From the NCBI GenBank assembly GCA_964607485.1, contig CAZSKP010000008.1, positions 1 to 64,000 of the forward strand: a stretch of 64,000 nucleotides of DNA, read 5' to 3'. The DNA is from an uncultured bacterium (GTDB lineage Bacteria; Abyssobacteria; SURF-5). Every line of letters begins with the position of its first letter. Positions within the stretch are counted from its first letter, which is position 1. Both the position numbers and the translations under genes were made by a program. Under the pieces are notes generated by a model. The model was not told where the DNA came from. It ran no database searches and saw nothing but the letters and a program-made list of their open reading frames with translations. Of this stretch, positions 42,924-52,811 are shown one piece after another.

Positions 42924-43544
42924 TTATGGATTACTAATCAAATTGTCTCGATTCTCTTGGTCCATCCTTTTCGTCTCATCGTCACCTAGAGATGGTAATC
43001 TTACAGCTTCAACCAGCTTTTCTCCAGCCTCTCGGATCACCTTAACGCATTCCCGTCTTTCATTAGCGTCTGATATTATTCTAAGATTTCCCGCCTCCAT
43101 GAATGCGAGGCGAAACGCCTTTCTTGCCTCTGCGTCTAAGTAAAGGTTATTCTTAATCCACCATTCTTGACATTCATATGCTGTTTCCATTGCCTTCTTG
43201 TTATCGTCCGAGCTCCAAAGAAGCTTATTCCACAGAACGTAAGCTTCTTGATGCTTCCTCAGACGTTCATCCAAGGCAGCTAGCTTCAGTTGATTTGATA
43301 ATTGTAGGGAGGCCTTGTGGGTTTCAAGTTGAGTGTTGAGTTGTAATCGGACTCCCTCAACTTTTTTCGTAATCTCTGCAATATCCTCTTTGGTGGCAAG
43401 ATTTTCGGCTTTCTTCGTTAAATACGACCCCAGAAAAATGCCTATGGCAACTGCTATGAGCAGCGCTACATAAAACGACCAATCAAACGTATCTGCATTG
43501 TGTATTGCTTCTTCAACGAGAACTCTGATTGTCTCGGCATCCAT
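42924..43544 (-). CDS. Hypothetical single-TM protein (KAENLATKEDI type)
   Basis: TM helix followed by YLTKKAENLATKEDIAEITKKVE and a helical domain; AT-rich. Confidence 0.7.
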   Translation of the reverse strand: MDAETIRVLVEEAIHNADTFDWSFYVALLIAVAIGIFLGSYLTKKAENLATKEDIAEITKKVEGVRLQLNTQLETHKASLQLSNQLKLAALDERLRKHQEAYVLWNKLLWSSDDNKKAMETAYECQEWWIKNNLYLDAEARKAFRLAFMEAGNLRIISDANERRECVKVIREAGEKLVEAVRLPSLGDDETKRMDQENRDNLISNP

Positions 43545-43629
43545 AACACAGATATTATAGAAAAGAGTTTGCGGTCATGTCAAAAGTGGTCACCTGAAAC
43601 AAGCGAGGAGAAAAAGGGGAAGGGGAAAA

Positions 43630-43735
43630 CTGCGTTTATCTGTGTTCATCTGTGGTTTCATAAGTCTTTATCCCATTCCTTCGTGGCCCTTTGCGGATGA
43701 ATCTTTCCTTTGCGTTCTTTGCGTCTTTGCGGTGA
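43630..43735. repeat. Cluster of right half-copies of periodic palindromic repeats
   Basis: CTGCGTTTATCTGTGTTCATCTGTGGTT, CTTCGTGGCCCTTTGCGG and CTTTGCGTTCTTTGCGTCTTTGCGGTGA. Confidence 0.72.
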
Positions 43736-43888
43736 TTATTCCTGCATTCCTTCCTGCGCCATGAAAATTAACAAAAACTTCCTTGCTGGAATTCGCGGTG
43801 GCGGATAACAATAGCCCCAGTCGACTGAAGAACAGCCTGGATGGCACGGAACGCGCGCGCTCCCCGAACCGCACAAAGGAGATCAAGA

Positions 43889-44182
43889 GTGAAGCGATCG
43901 TGGAAAAGGCGATCAACCGTATCCGCCCGCGAGTTTGAATCCCTCTGGCGGAATGCCGCGGTGTCTGAGCGCCTGGCACCGGTGAGGGCGTACCCATGGG
44001 AACCCCCGCTTCCTTCAGCGGCAGGCCCGCGGAGAAACCCCACGACAGACCGGGTCACCGGCCGCTTGCGCCGCCATGGAAGGCATCTCCGGCCCGCAGT
44101 TTGGGCCGGGGCGGACGAGAAGGGGTCGCCTGTCTCAAGGTTCACAGGTGTGCGTACCAGAAGGGACGCACCGGCCACGTAA
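43889..44182 (+). CDS. Possible small Arg/Pro-rich hypothetical protein (97 aa)
   Basis: AAAGGAG 7 nt before GTG and an upstream sigma54-like TGGCACGGAACGCGC; no recognisable domain. Confidence 0.3.
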   Translation: MKRSWKRRSTVSAREFESLWRNAAVSERLAPVRAYPWEPPLPSAAGPRRNPTTDRVTGRLRRHGRHLRPAVWAGADEKGSPVSRFTGVRTRRDAPAT

Positions 44183-44225
44183 CAAATTCCGGCGCCGGAA
44201 CACCAGGCTCCATGCAGGGCCGCAT

Positions 44226-44255
44226 TTGACTTTCACCTGCTCGGCCAGCTATAAT
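44226..44255 (+). promoter_or_regulatory. Sigma70 promoter of the vor-like operon
   Basis: TTGACT-18-TATAAT. Confidence 0.65.
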
Positions 44256-44323
44256 TAATTATTGGGTCATCACTTGTCCTCAACAAGCGCGGCGCGGAAA
44301 AATCCGCTGTAGGCATCAGAAAC

Positions 44324-44560
44324 ATGTCATCCGAATCCCCCGGAAAAAAGAAGAGGGAAGCCTACATCGTCATACTGGAAGAGCGATGTAAGAGCTGCCG
44401 TTTTTGCGTGGATACCTGTCCGCTCGACTGCATCGTCATCGGCACGGAAATCAATTCGCAGGGCTACAATCCCGCCAAATTTCAGGGCAACGGCCGCTGC
44501 ACCGGCTGCTGCCTGTGCGCCGAGGTGTGTCCCGACACGGCGATAGAGGTTTATAAGTAG
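44324..44560 (+). CDS. 2x[4Fe-4S] ferredoxin (delta subunit)
   Basis: CKSCRFCVDTCP and CTGCCLCAEVCP. Confidence 0.9.
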   Translation: MSSESPGKKKREAYIVILEERCKSCRFCVDTCPLDCIVIGTEINSQGYNPAKFQGNGRCTGCCLCAEVCPDTAIEVYK

Positions 44561-44580
44561 GCGGTTCCGGCGGGGCTCTG

Positions 44581-44650
44581 GGGGACAGTCCCTAGAGCAA
44601 TTATGTAGGGGCGGTTCGCGAACCACCCGAAAATATGGTGTCTGTCCCCA
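44581..44650. repeat. Nested REP-like elements
   Basis: GGGGACAG...CTGTCCCC arms enclosing GTAGGGGCGGTTCGCGAACCACCC (44605-44628). Confidence 0.65.
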
Positions 44651-45714
44651 TATTAGGAGTGCGTAAGTGAAAGAGACGCAATTGATTAAGGGAAACGTGG
44701 CGCTGGCCGAGGCGGCCATTCAGGCCGGATGCCGCTACTACTTCGGCTACCCGATAACCCCTCAGAACGACATCCCCGAATACCTCTCCGAGCACCTGCC
44801 GAAGGCCAACGGCATATTCATCCAGGCCGAGAGTGAGATCGCCTCTATCAACATGGTGATGGGCGCATCGGCCACGGGCGTTCGCGCCATGACGTCGTCG
44901 TCCGGCCCCGGCATCTCGTTGATGCAGGAAGGAATGTCCTACATGGCCGGCAGCGAGATTCCCGGCCTCGTGGTCAACATCATGCGATGCGGCCCCGGGC
45001 TGGGCGGAATCTCGCCCACGCAGGGCGACTATTTTCAGGCCACGCGCGGCGGCGGCCACGGCGACTACTACAACATCGTGCTCGCGCCCGCGTCGGTGCA
45101 GGAGATGTTCGACCTCACGATCAAGGCATTCGAGTTGTCCGACAAATACCGCAACCCCGCGATGATACTCGCCGACGCGATACTGGGCCAGATGAAAGAG
45201 CCCGCGTCGCTCGAGCCGCGCGAGCCCGTCCGGTTCTTTGACAAGCCGTGGTCGGTGACCGGCGCGATGGGCCGGAGCCCGCAGTATTTGAAAACGCTGT
45301 ACCTGAGCGACGGCGAGCAGGAGGCGCACAACCTCGAGCTCAAGAGGAAATACGACGAAATCCGCGAGAAGGAAGTCCTGTATGAAGCCAAGGCTCTCGA
45401 CGACGCCGAGCTTTTCGTCGTCGCCTTCGGCACGGCCTCGCGCATCGTGAAGACGGCTATGAACATGGCGCGCGAGGAAGGGCTTCGCGTCGGGCTGATC
45501 CGTCCGATAACGCTTTTCCCGTTTCCGTCGAAGGCCATCTACGAGGCGTCCGAGCGGATACCGAAGGTGCTTGTGGTCGAGATGAACACGGGACAGATGC
45601 TCACCGATGTGCAGGTGTCGGCGCACAAGGGAGCCGAAATATTCTTCTATGGCCGTCCCGGCGGCGGAGTGCCCACGCCGGAAGAGGTCCTCGAAGAGAT
45701 GAAAAGGAGCGCAC

Positions 45715-46470
<756 letters not shown>

Positions 46471-46518
46471 GCTGGATGGCGCATATTATTTTCGGCGAAC
46501 CGGTAAAGTCACGATTTT

Positions 46519-46546
46519 GTAGGGGCGGTTCGCGAACCGTCCCTAC
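46519..46546. repeat. GTAG-type REP palindrome
   Basis: GTAGGGGCGGTTCGCGAACCGTCCCTAC. Confidence 0.8.
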
Positions 46547-46600
46547 ATGTGATGTAGATGGTTGCCTCCGAAGTGGTGTGCGACTTCAGAAGGAAACGAC

Positions 46601-47146
46601 ATGTACTACGACGTCATAATGGCCGGGTTTGGCGGCCAAGGGATCATGCTGATTGGCGACATCCTCGCCTATGCCGCCATGCGCGAGGAGAAGCGCGTCA
46701 CGTATATGCCGACGTACGGCGTCGAGATGCGCGGCGGCACCGCCAACTGCACCATCATGATCTCGGACGAGGAAATCGGGTCGCCCATGACCGGCCACCC
46801 CTACTCGGCAATCGTGATGAACGGGCCGTCGCTCGAGAAATTTCAGCCGCGCGTGCGGCCGGGCGGGTTCCTGCTCGTCAACACCTCGCTCATCGATGGC
46901 AAGCAGGCCAACCGGACCGACATCGACACGCTGCTCCTTCCCACGAACGACATCGCGCTCGAACTGGGCAACGCGAAGATGGCGAACATGGTCGCGCTGG
47001 GCGGGTTTGTCGAACGGACGCAGGTGGTCTCGCTCGAAAGCATCAAGAACACGCTGCCGAAGGCCATCGCCGAGCGTTATCATAAAACGATTCCGCTGAA
47101 CATCAAGGCGATAGAAACCGGCGCGCAACTCGCGCGGAGAGGGTAG
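46601..47146 (+). CDS. 2-oxoacid:ferredoxin oxidoreductase gamma subunit
   Basis: AGFGGQG, YGVEMRGGTANC and NMVALGG. Confidence 0.9.
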   Translation: MYYDVIMAGFGGQGIMLIGDILAYAAMREEKRVTYMPTYGVEMRGGTANCTIMISDEEIGSPMTGHPYSAIVMNGPSLEKFQPRVRPGGFLLVNTSLIDGKQANRTDIDTLLLPTNDIALELGNAKMANMVALGGFVERTQVVSLESIKNTLPKAIAERYHKTIPLNIKAIETGAQLARRG

Positions 47147-47153
47147 AGGCGTA

Positions 47154-47258
47154 CGTCATTGCGAGGAACGGAGTGACGAAGCAATCCCGATAGGTGAGGG
47201 ATTCGCATTCGGGATTGCCGCGGTCGACGCTTTGCGTCTCCCTCGCAATGACAGAAGA
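47154..47258. repeat. CGTCATTGCGAG...CTCGCAATGAC composite palindrome, left copy
   Basis: 105-bp direct repeat of 47694-47798 with 4 mismatches. Confidence 0.9.
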
Positions 47259-47341
47259 AGGAGCGATAAAAACGAACCTTGCGCCATGCGGGGCGGGTTT
47301 TCGCCGTGAGAGAGGAATGAGTTCCTCAGCGAAGTCGAAAA

Positions 47342-47638
47342 ATGCAACGCAAGATTTTTTGCGTTTACATAATGACAAACGGGAGAAACACGGTCTTATA
47401 GACAGGTGTCACCAGCGACTTGCAGAGGCGAGTATACGAACATAAACAGAAAGCAAGCAGAGGTTTTACCCGAAAGTATAATATCGACAAGTTAGTCTAT
47501 TACGAACAATTTGATGATTCCTACGACGCCATTGCCAGAGAGAAGCAAATAAAGGCGGGTTCTCGAAAAAGGAAAATAGAGCTGATTGAAGGGATGAATA
47601 AAGACTGGAGCGATTTGAGCGAAGGGTGGTATGGGTGA
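47342..47638 (+). pseudogene. Small GIY-YIG nuclease (YhbQ-like) with a nonsense codon
   Basis: [57 protein letters not shown]; TAG at 47399-47401 replaces the Tyr of the YIG/YTG motif. Confidence 0.88.
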
Positions 47639-47693
47639 GGTCATCTCGGCGCTCCAGCGGCTCTTCACAATTGTTCATAGCAATAACTTTTCC

Positions 47694-47798
47694 CGTCATT
47701 GCGAGGAACGAAGTGACGAAGCAATCCCGATAGGTGAAGGATTCGCATTCGGGATTGCCGCGGTCGACGCTTTGTCTCTCCCTCGCAATGACAGAAGA
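47694..47798. repeat. CGTCATTGCGAG...CTCGCAATGAC composite palindrome, right copy
   Basis: Direct repeat exactly 540 bp downstream of the left copy. Confidence 0.9.
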
Positions 47799-47841
47799 GA
47801 AAATATGGGCGAGTGCGCTCGAACTCAGGAGAACGGATAGC

Positions 47842-48423
47842 ATGGCCGAAATAGAGGAAATGCACGTTGGCGAGAAGATCAAGAAGCTGCGCGAGGAAAA
47901 GGGGATGTCGCTGCCGGAGCTGGCCGAGAAGTCGGGCTTTTCATCGGCGCTGCTGTCTCAGATAGAGAACCACATGATCTCGCCGCCGCTCGGCACGCTC
48001 ATCAGGCTCGGGCAGGCGATGGATGTGCCCATCGGCTATTTCTTCGAGGACAAGGCCGAGGCGCCGTTCGTCATCGTCCGCTCCGCCGAACGCAAGCACG
48101 TCTCGCGCGTGGCATCGAAGGAAGGCGTGAAGTTCGGCTATTCGTATGAGTCGCTGGCGCAGGACAAGAAGAACCGGTTCATGGAGCCGTTTCTCGTCAC
48201 GCTCGAGCCGGCCACCAAAAAAGACCGCAACGCCTACTCACATGAAGGCGAGGAGTTCATCTTCGTGCTCGAAGGAGAGATGGAAGTCACGCTCGAAGAC
48301 CACACCGACGTGCTCAAGCCCGGCGACTGCATCTACTTCGACTCCCGGCTGCGGCATCGCGTCGAATGTGTTGGAGACAAAGAGGCGAGAATTCTCGCCG
48401 TCATCCACGCCCCGCATAAGTAG
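47842..48423 (+). CDS. XRE-family transcriptional regulator with cupin domain
   Basis: VGEKIKKLREEKGMSL..LSQIEN; HEGEEFIFVLEG..GDCIYFDS..H. Confidence 0.92.
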   Translation: MAEIEEMHVGEKIKKLREEKGMSLPELAEKSGFSSALLSQIENHMISPPLGTLIRLGQAMDVPIGYFFEDKAEAPFVIVRSAERKHVSRVASKEGVKFGYSYESLAQDKKNRFMEPFLVTLEPATKKDRNAYSHEGEEFIFVLEGEMEVTLEDHTDVLKPGDCIYFDSRLRHRVECVGDKEARILAVIHAPHK

Positions 48424-48429
48424 ATACAG

Positions 48430-48472
48430 AGGGGTCAGGTCTTGAAATCTGAAGTTACAAGACCTGACCCCT
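48430..48472. repeat. GGGGTCAGGTCT-type palindrome (may also act as a terminator)
   Basis: 15-bp perfect arms AGGGGTCAGGTCTTG / CAAGACCTGACCCCT; a half copy lies at 50879-50895. Confidence 0.75.
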
Positions 48473-48537
48473 TTGTTGCTCCTAATTCGCGACGTTCGTG
48501 GTATAATAACGGTGATGAAACAAGGGGGAGACTAACA

Positions 48538-48822
48538 ATGTTTGATAGAGTACGGATACGAGTGGAAATCTTCAGAGAAGGCGACAGATACATGAGTCTT
48601 TGTCCCGAACTCAATGTGTCGAGTTACGGGGATACGCCGGAGGAGGCGAGGGAGAGTCTCAAAGAAGCTGTGTCGTTGTTTCTGGAAGAATGTGAAAGCA
48701 TGGGAACTCTGCAGGATGTCCTGGAGGAGGCGGGGTTCGAGCATAGAACCCACCCCCATGATGAATGGTTGGCTCCACACCCGTTTGCGACCGAAGAGAT
48801 AGATATTCGGACGGTGGCCTAA
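48538..48822 (+). CDS. hicB: HicB family antitoxin
   Basis: YMSLCPELNVSSYGDTPEEARESLKEAV. Confidence 0.85.
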   Translation: MFDRVRIRVEIFREGDRYMSLCPELNVSSYGDTPEEARESLKEAVSLFLEECESMGTLQDVLEEAGFEHRTHPHDEWLAPHPFATEEIDIRTVA

Positions 48823-49056
48823 GTGCCAAGAATTGTTCCCATTGATTATCGAAAGTCAATCAGGATATTCGAACTTGACGGTTTCAAAATCGGCAGACGA
48901 AAAGGTGACCACATTAGCATGACTAAACCGGGAGTGGCCAGACCCATCGTCATAAAAACCAGTCCTGGATTGGTTCCCGTTTCCCACATCCGAACAAACA
49001 TGACCACGGCCGGGATGACGAGAGAGCGATATTTTGAACTGTTGGAGAAGGTGTAA
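48823..49056 (+). CDS. hicA: HicA family toxin
   Basis: GFKIGRRKGDHISM, immediately after hicB. Confidence 0.85.
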   Translation: MPRIVPIDYRKSIRIFELDGFKIGRRKGDHISMTKPGVARPIVIKTSPGLVPVSHIRTNMTTAGMTRERYFELLEKV

Positions 49057-49076
49057 GGAAATCCAAAGGGGTCGAG

Positions 49077-50621
49077 TCACGGTTTTCCGGCGGGCAGCAC
49101 GATCTCCACAGTTGTCCCCTCGTTGACGCTGCTTCTTATGATCAGTCTCCCGCCGTGCGCTTCGACGATCTTCTTGCAGATGGGAACGCCCAGCCCCGTG
49201 CCCTGTGCTTTCGTTGTGAAGAATGGCTCTTGAATTCGCTCCAGATTCTCTTCCTCGATTCCGCAGCCGCTGTCGGATACGCAAAGCTTCAGCGCGCCTT
49301 CGTTCTCGGAAAACTGTGAGTGTATCGTCAGAATTCCTCCGTTGGGCATTGCCTCCGCCGCGTTCGAGATAATATTCACGAGCACCCTGGCGATCTTTTG
49401 CGCGTCAATGTATATCTCCCTGTCGCCCGATTGCAACTCTAAGCGAGTGTTGATGTTGCGAAGCTTATGGTCGGCGGCGCTCAGTGCCTGACCAACGATG
49501 TCGCTGACCGTCCACGGAGTGTATTCCAGATTGACCGGCCTCGAATATTCCAGAAGCTCCGCGACGGTGCCGTTGAGCGTTTCGATGCCGGATTCGATGT
49601 CCTGCAGGATTTCCAGTTTGCTTTCATCCTCGCCGATCTCCGCTCGAATTTCATCGACGCCGAGGCGAATGTTTTGGAGAGGATTCCTGATTTCGTGAGC
49701 CACGAACGATACCATCTGCCCGAGCGTCGCCAGCCTCTGCGCCTGCTGGAGCTCGGCCACTTTCTCTTTGACCGTTTCTTCGAGTCTCTCGGAGAGGCCG
49801 CGATATCGACCTTCCGACTCGCGCAGCGCTTCCTCGCTTTGCTTCAGGTTCCTGAAAAGCAAATTGTATGGGTCCATCAGGCCGGTCACAATGATGGCCT
49901 TGTAAATGAGATAGAAGGAGATGATTTCGAGAATATGTCCGATGAGATTAGCGTGGCCGTACGCGCTCGTGTACAACGTGAACGCGAGCTCGGAGCATAT
50001 GGTGACCAGAATAGATGCGACCAGCCACCTCAGCACGCTCGGGTCGAATTCGCTCCGCTTTTGAATCAGTAATCCGGCTGAGCCGAGCAGAATGACGGAG
50101 ATGATATACTCGCTGATCTTTTTGAACGGCGTCAGTCCCACACCTTCGATGAAACACTCGGGGAAGATGCCCCAGTAGAATATGGACACCATCAACAGGA
50201 GGAAAACCCCAGCGTATCCGGCAAAGACAAAGTTGGCTCTCAACTTTCGGCCGAGGAACAGGGGGGCGAACAGAAAGGAAAGACTCTCGACATACCGAGC
50301 GGCGATCCAGAGCTGCGTGGGCAGGTTGGTGCCGTAGCCGGTGAACACTCCCATCCCCGTATAAGCCAATGAATGAATCAAGTCGATGGCGCCGACGAAC
50401 AGGTAGGCGATGCCTATGAACAGGAGGTAATTGTTATCCATGAACCGGCGGGAGTTCCAGGCGACCATGAAAATGCACCATGACACGACCACCCCGAATA
50501 TTTCCGCCAGGCTGTGGAAGAGGAGGTAATTGTAATAGCTGGTCAGATATATTCCGGCCAGGAATGGAATTCCAAAAATGATGTCTCTGTATCTGTCGGA
50601 AATGGCGTCGCGTCTTTCCAT
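49077..50621 (-). CDS. MASE3-domain sensor histidine kinase
   Basis: NYLLFHSLAE..HSLAYTGMGVF..NLPTQLWIAARY..GLTPFKKISEY; AHEIRNPL; GTGLG. Confidence 0.9.
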   Translation of the reverse strand: MERRDAISDRYRDIIFGIPFLAGIYLTSYYNYLLFHSLAEIFGVVVSWCIFMVAWNSRRFMDNNYLLFIGIAYLFVGAIDLIHSLAYTGMGVFTGYGTNLPTQLWIAARYVESLSFLFAPLFLGRKLRANFVFAGYAGVFLLLMVSIFYWGIFPECFIEGVGLTPFKKISEYIISVILLGSAGLLIQKRSEFDPSVLRWLVASILVTICSELAFTLYTSAYGHANLIGHILEIISFYLIYKAIIVTGLMDPYNLLFRNLKQSEEALRESEGRYRGLSERLEETVKEKVAELQQAQRLATLGQMVSFVAHEIRNPLQNIRLGVDEIRAEIGEDESKLEILQDIESGIETLNGTVAELLEYSRPVNLEYTPWTVSDIVGQALSAADHKLRNINTRLELQSGDREIYIDAQKIARVLVNIISNAAEAMPNGGILTIHSQFSENEGALKLCVSDSGCGIEEENLERIQEPFFTTKAQGTGLGVPICKKIVEAHGGRLIIRSSVNEGTTVEIVLPAGKP

Positions 50622-50915
50622 GATTCCTTTTCCTGGGGACGGGTCTTACGCAGTCGGACTACGATGTGTCCGGGGTTCGCCCGTTGTTATGGGACGCCGG
50701 GGTATCCTTAAAGAAGATGACGTGTTCAGTCTTGTGGCCAGGGCAACAGCGCAGAGCGGGACCTCTGTTTAGCTCTGTCATTCAAACGGAATTATAGACG
50801 ATTTGCGGAAATATTTCAAAAAGCGGTTTTGTTGCATTCGGCTTTTGCGACTTGAGAGAGCCGGGGCACCACGCCGTTAAGACCTGACCCCTCTGCGAAA
50901 AGGCTCGAGGGGAGA

Positions 50916-51278
50916 TCAGGCGCTGCTCTCTTCGGTCAGGCGCCGGACGAGTTGCACCAACTGTTCCGAACCGAACGGCTTGACAAGGACGGCATTGGGC
51001 TTGAGGTTTTCCATACCTTCAGGATACGCAGTGACGATTGCGACAGGGAGGCTGGGATAAATGGCCCGGATATGATTGAGCAATGAAACGCCGTCCACGC
51101 CCGGCATTCTCCTGTCGGTCAGAACAAGGTCGAATTCCCGTTCGCCTAGCATTTGGATCGCCTCATCCCCCGAAGGGGCCTGCAAGACCTCATAGCCTTC
51201 CGCACTCAACAGGCGAGACATCTGCCGCCTCTGCACGTCATCGTCTTCCACGACAAGAAGGATGATCTTCTTCGGCAT
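50916..51278 (-). CDS. Single-domain response regulator
   Basis: VVEDDD, TDRRMPG, TAY and KPF. Confidence 0.85.
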   Translation of the reverse strand: MPKKIILLVVEDDDVQRRQMSRLLSAEGYEVLQAPSGDEAIQMLGEREFDLVLTDRRMPGVDGVSLLNHIRAIYPSLPVAIVTAYPEGMENLKPNAVLVKPFGSEQLVQLVRRLTEESSA

Positions 51279-51733
51279 GACGATTCTCCACGCGTGCCCC
51301 TTATTGGAGGCCTCGTCGTGCGCGATGCATTTGCAGATTTCCTTTCTGCCGGCATCGCAATAAATAAATGCGAGAGAGGACAAATGACAGGACACCTAAG
51401 TATATCAAGCAACTATGTCCAAAAGGAGGCCAAAAGGAAAGGGCCGGGCAGAAAGAATTTTTTGGGCGCGGGGGATAGTGGATGAGGACGTTCCAAAATG
51501 TAGGGGCGGTTCGCGAACCTGTTCCGGAGGGGGACGGGGTGGGGGGTCAAAGGGGAATATCAGCGCGAACTGGTGGTTCCCCCGGTGACAAATTTCCCTG
51601 TTTCTGGACAGGCGCTTCGCACATAGTACAAACGGTTCGCACCATGTACGAAGGTCTCTGGACATTTTTTGGACGGCGTCGTCGATGGCTGTGAGGTTTC
51701 CCGGGGACGTTGCAGGACCCTGCCCGGCAGGCG

Positions 51734-52399
51734 TCATTCGCGGACATCTTTGCCGTCGAGGCTGTATGGCAGGATCGCGCCCGTCCTGGTGTCGAGTTTT
51801 CCCGTATAGGTGAGGACCTGGCCCTCGGTATAATTAAGCAGCTTGCCGCGCAATGTATTCGGGAACGACACGAGCACGTCGTAGGTGAGGGTGCCGGGCT
51901 TGTGCCTAAATCCCGCGCTGATACCTCCCCCGCCCAGGCCTTCCTTAAGGTACGTCAGCTCTCCCGTCCACGTCACATATTTCCCCTCGTAATCTTTCCA
52001 TAATTCATCCTTTTGAAGGTCGGTCAGTTTGCTGTCTGCGCCGAAGATGTCATCGACCTCTTCGAAACTCTGTGAGAGGGATTCCCTCGCGGGCGGCGGC
52101 GCGATCTGAGATGGCCCTTTATCCGCCGACAGGGTTGCGATGACTGCCAGGCCAGCGACGGCGGTGACGGCGATCCTAAGCCAGAGCGCCCATCGGTTTG
52201 CGGTCCACATAAGGATAAGCCCGATGGGCAGACAGAACAGCAGTGAGATTCCGACTACCAGGTGCGAATGATACCAGGGTATTTTCGGTGGCGCAGGAGG
52301 CGGCGCGACGGCACGCCGGAGTGGCCGGCCGCACTTGGGGCAGGCGTGGGCCTGGTCTGATACCTGGGTGCGGCAATCCGGACAGACGATGAGAGCCAT
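51734..52399 (-). CDS. Zinc-ribbon membrane protein with a C-terminal extracytoplasmic (OB-fold-like) domain
   Basis: MALIVCPDC..VSDQA..CPKCG, TM segments and YEGKYVTWTG. Confidence 0.75.
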   Translation of the reverse strand: MALIVCPDCRTQVSDQAHACPKCGRPLRRAVAPPPAPPKIPWYHSHLVVGISLLFCLPIGLILMWTANRWALWLRIAVTAVAGLAVIATLSADKGPSQIAPPPARESLSQSFEEVDDIFGADSKLTDLQKDELWKDYEGKYVTWTGELTYLKEGLGGGGISAGFRHKPGTLTYDVLVSFPNTLRGKLLNYTEGQVLTYTGKLDTRTGAILPYSLDGKDVRE

Positions 52400-52415
52400 A
52401 GTTTCCCCTCCTTTT

Positions 52416-52811
52416 TCAGCGGCGTTTTGTAGTGGCGTCGAGCTTATTGAGGATGGATTCGAGGTCGGTCGCGAGGCTTTCTAGTCTGGCGGCGCCCCGT
52501 CGAAGCTGTTCGATGAGTCCGCTCATATCCGCGTGGTAGAATGCGGAGGCCTCCGCAACCCGGTCCGCCATCGGTTTCCCTTCCTTTATATAAGGATCAC
52601 CTTCCCCGGTTAAAAGCCACGTCGGATTACACCCAGTTTTATCCGCAATCATAGCGAGAGATTCAGGACTAGGCAGCCTCTCATCCCGTATCCACGCAGA
52701 GACGATTTGATGTTTAACCTCCAGTTGCCGGGCGAAGTCGGCCACAGTACCTTGGCCCATTAGCACACGGAGCCTATCTAAAAGCCCCTCTCTATAGTGG
52801 TGCACTCTCAT
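52416..52811 (-). CDS. Phage CI-like XRE repressor (no peptidase domain)
   Basis: DFARQLEV..VSAW..RLPS..L..IA...CNPTWLLTGEG. Confidence 0.8.
   Translation of the reverse strand: MRVHHYREGLLDRLRVLMGQGTVADFARQLEVKHQIVSAWIRDERLPSPESLAMIADKTGCNPTWLLTGEGDPYIKEGKPMADRVAEASAFYHADMSGLIEQLRRGAARLESLATDLESILNKLDATTKRR

Noticed and set aside
43928-43946. tRNA T-arm-like GAGTTTGAATCCCTC
   Set aside because: No cloverleaf, anticodon arm or CCA end could be built. No tRNA, tmRNA or rRNA was recognised anywhere in the window.
43958-44025. TPP riboswitch-like GGTGAG..TACCC..GAACC
   Set aside because: Lacks CTGAGA, CCTGAT and the TAAT/GCGTAGG elements, and no thiamine gene lies downstream.
47399-47401. TAG read-through (pyrrolysine or alternative genetic code) in the GIY-YIG gene
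   Set aside because: TAG terminates several normal genes here (e.g. those ending at 8595, 33040 and 46470), and the position needs Tyr. A TAY>TAG nonsense change or a base-call error is simpler.
47734-47841. N-terminal extensions in the ORF track (also 48442-48537 and 46562-46600)
   Set aside because: They run through repeat or intergenic DNA; the downstream ATGs have RBSs and fit the family N-termini.
50622-50780. Possible riboswitch in the MASE3 kinase leader
   Set aside because: Only short stems, with no recognisable conserved aptamer motif.
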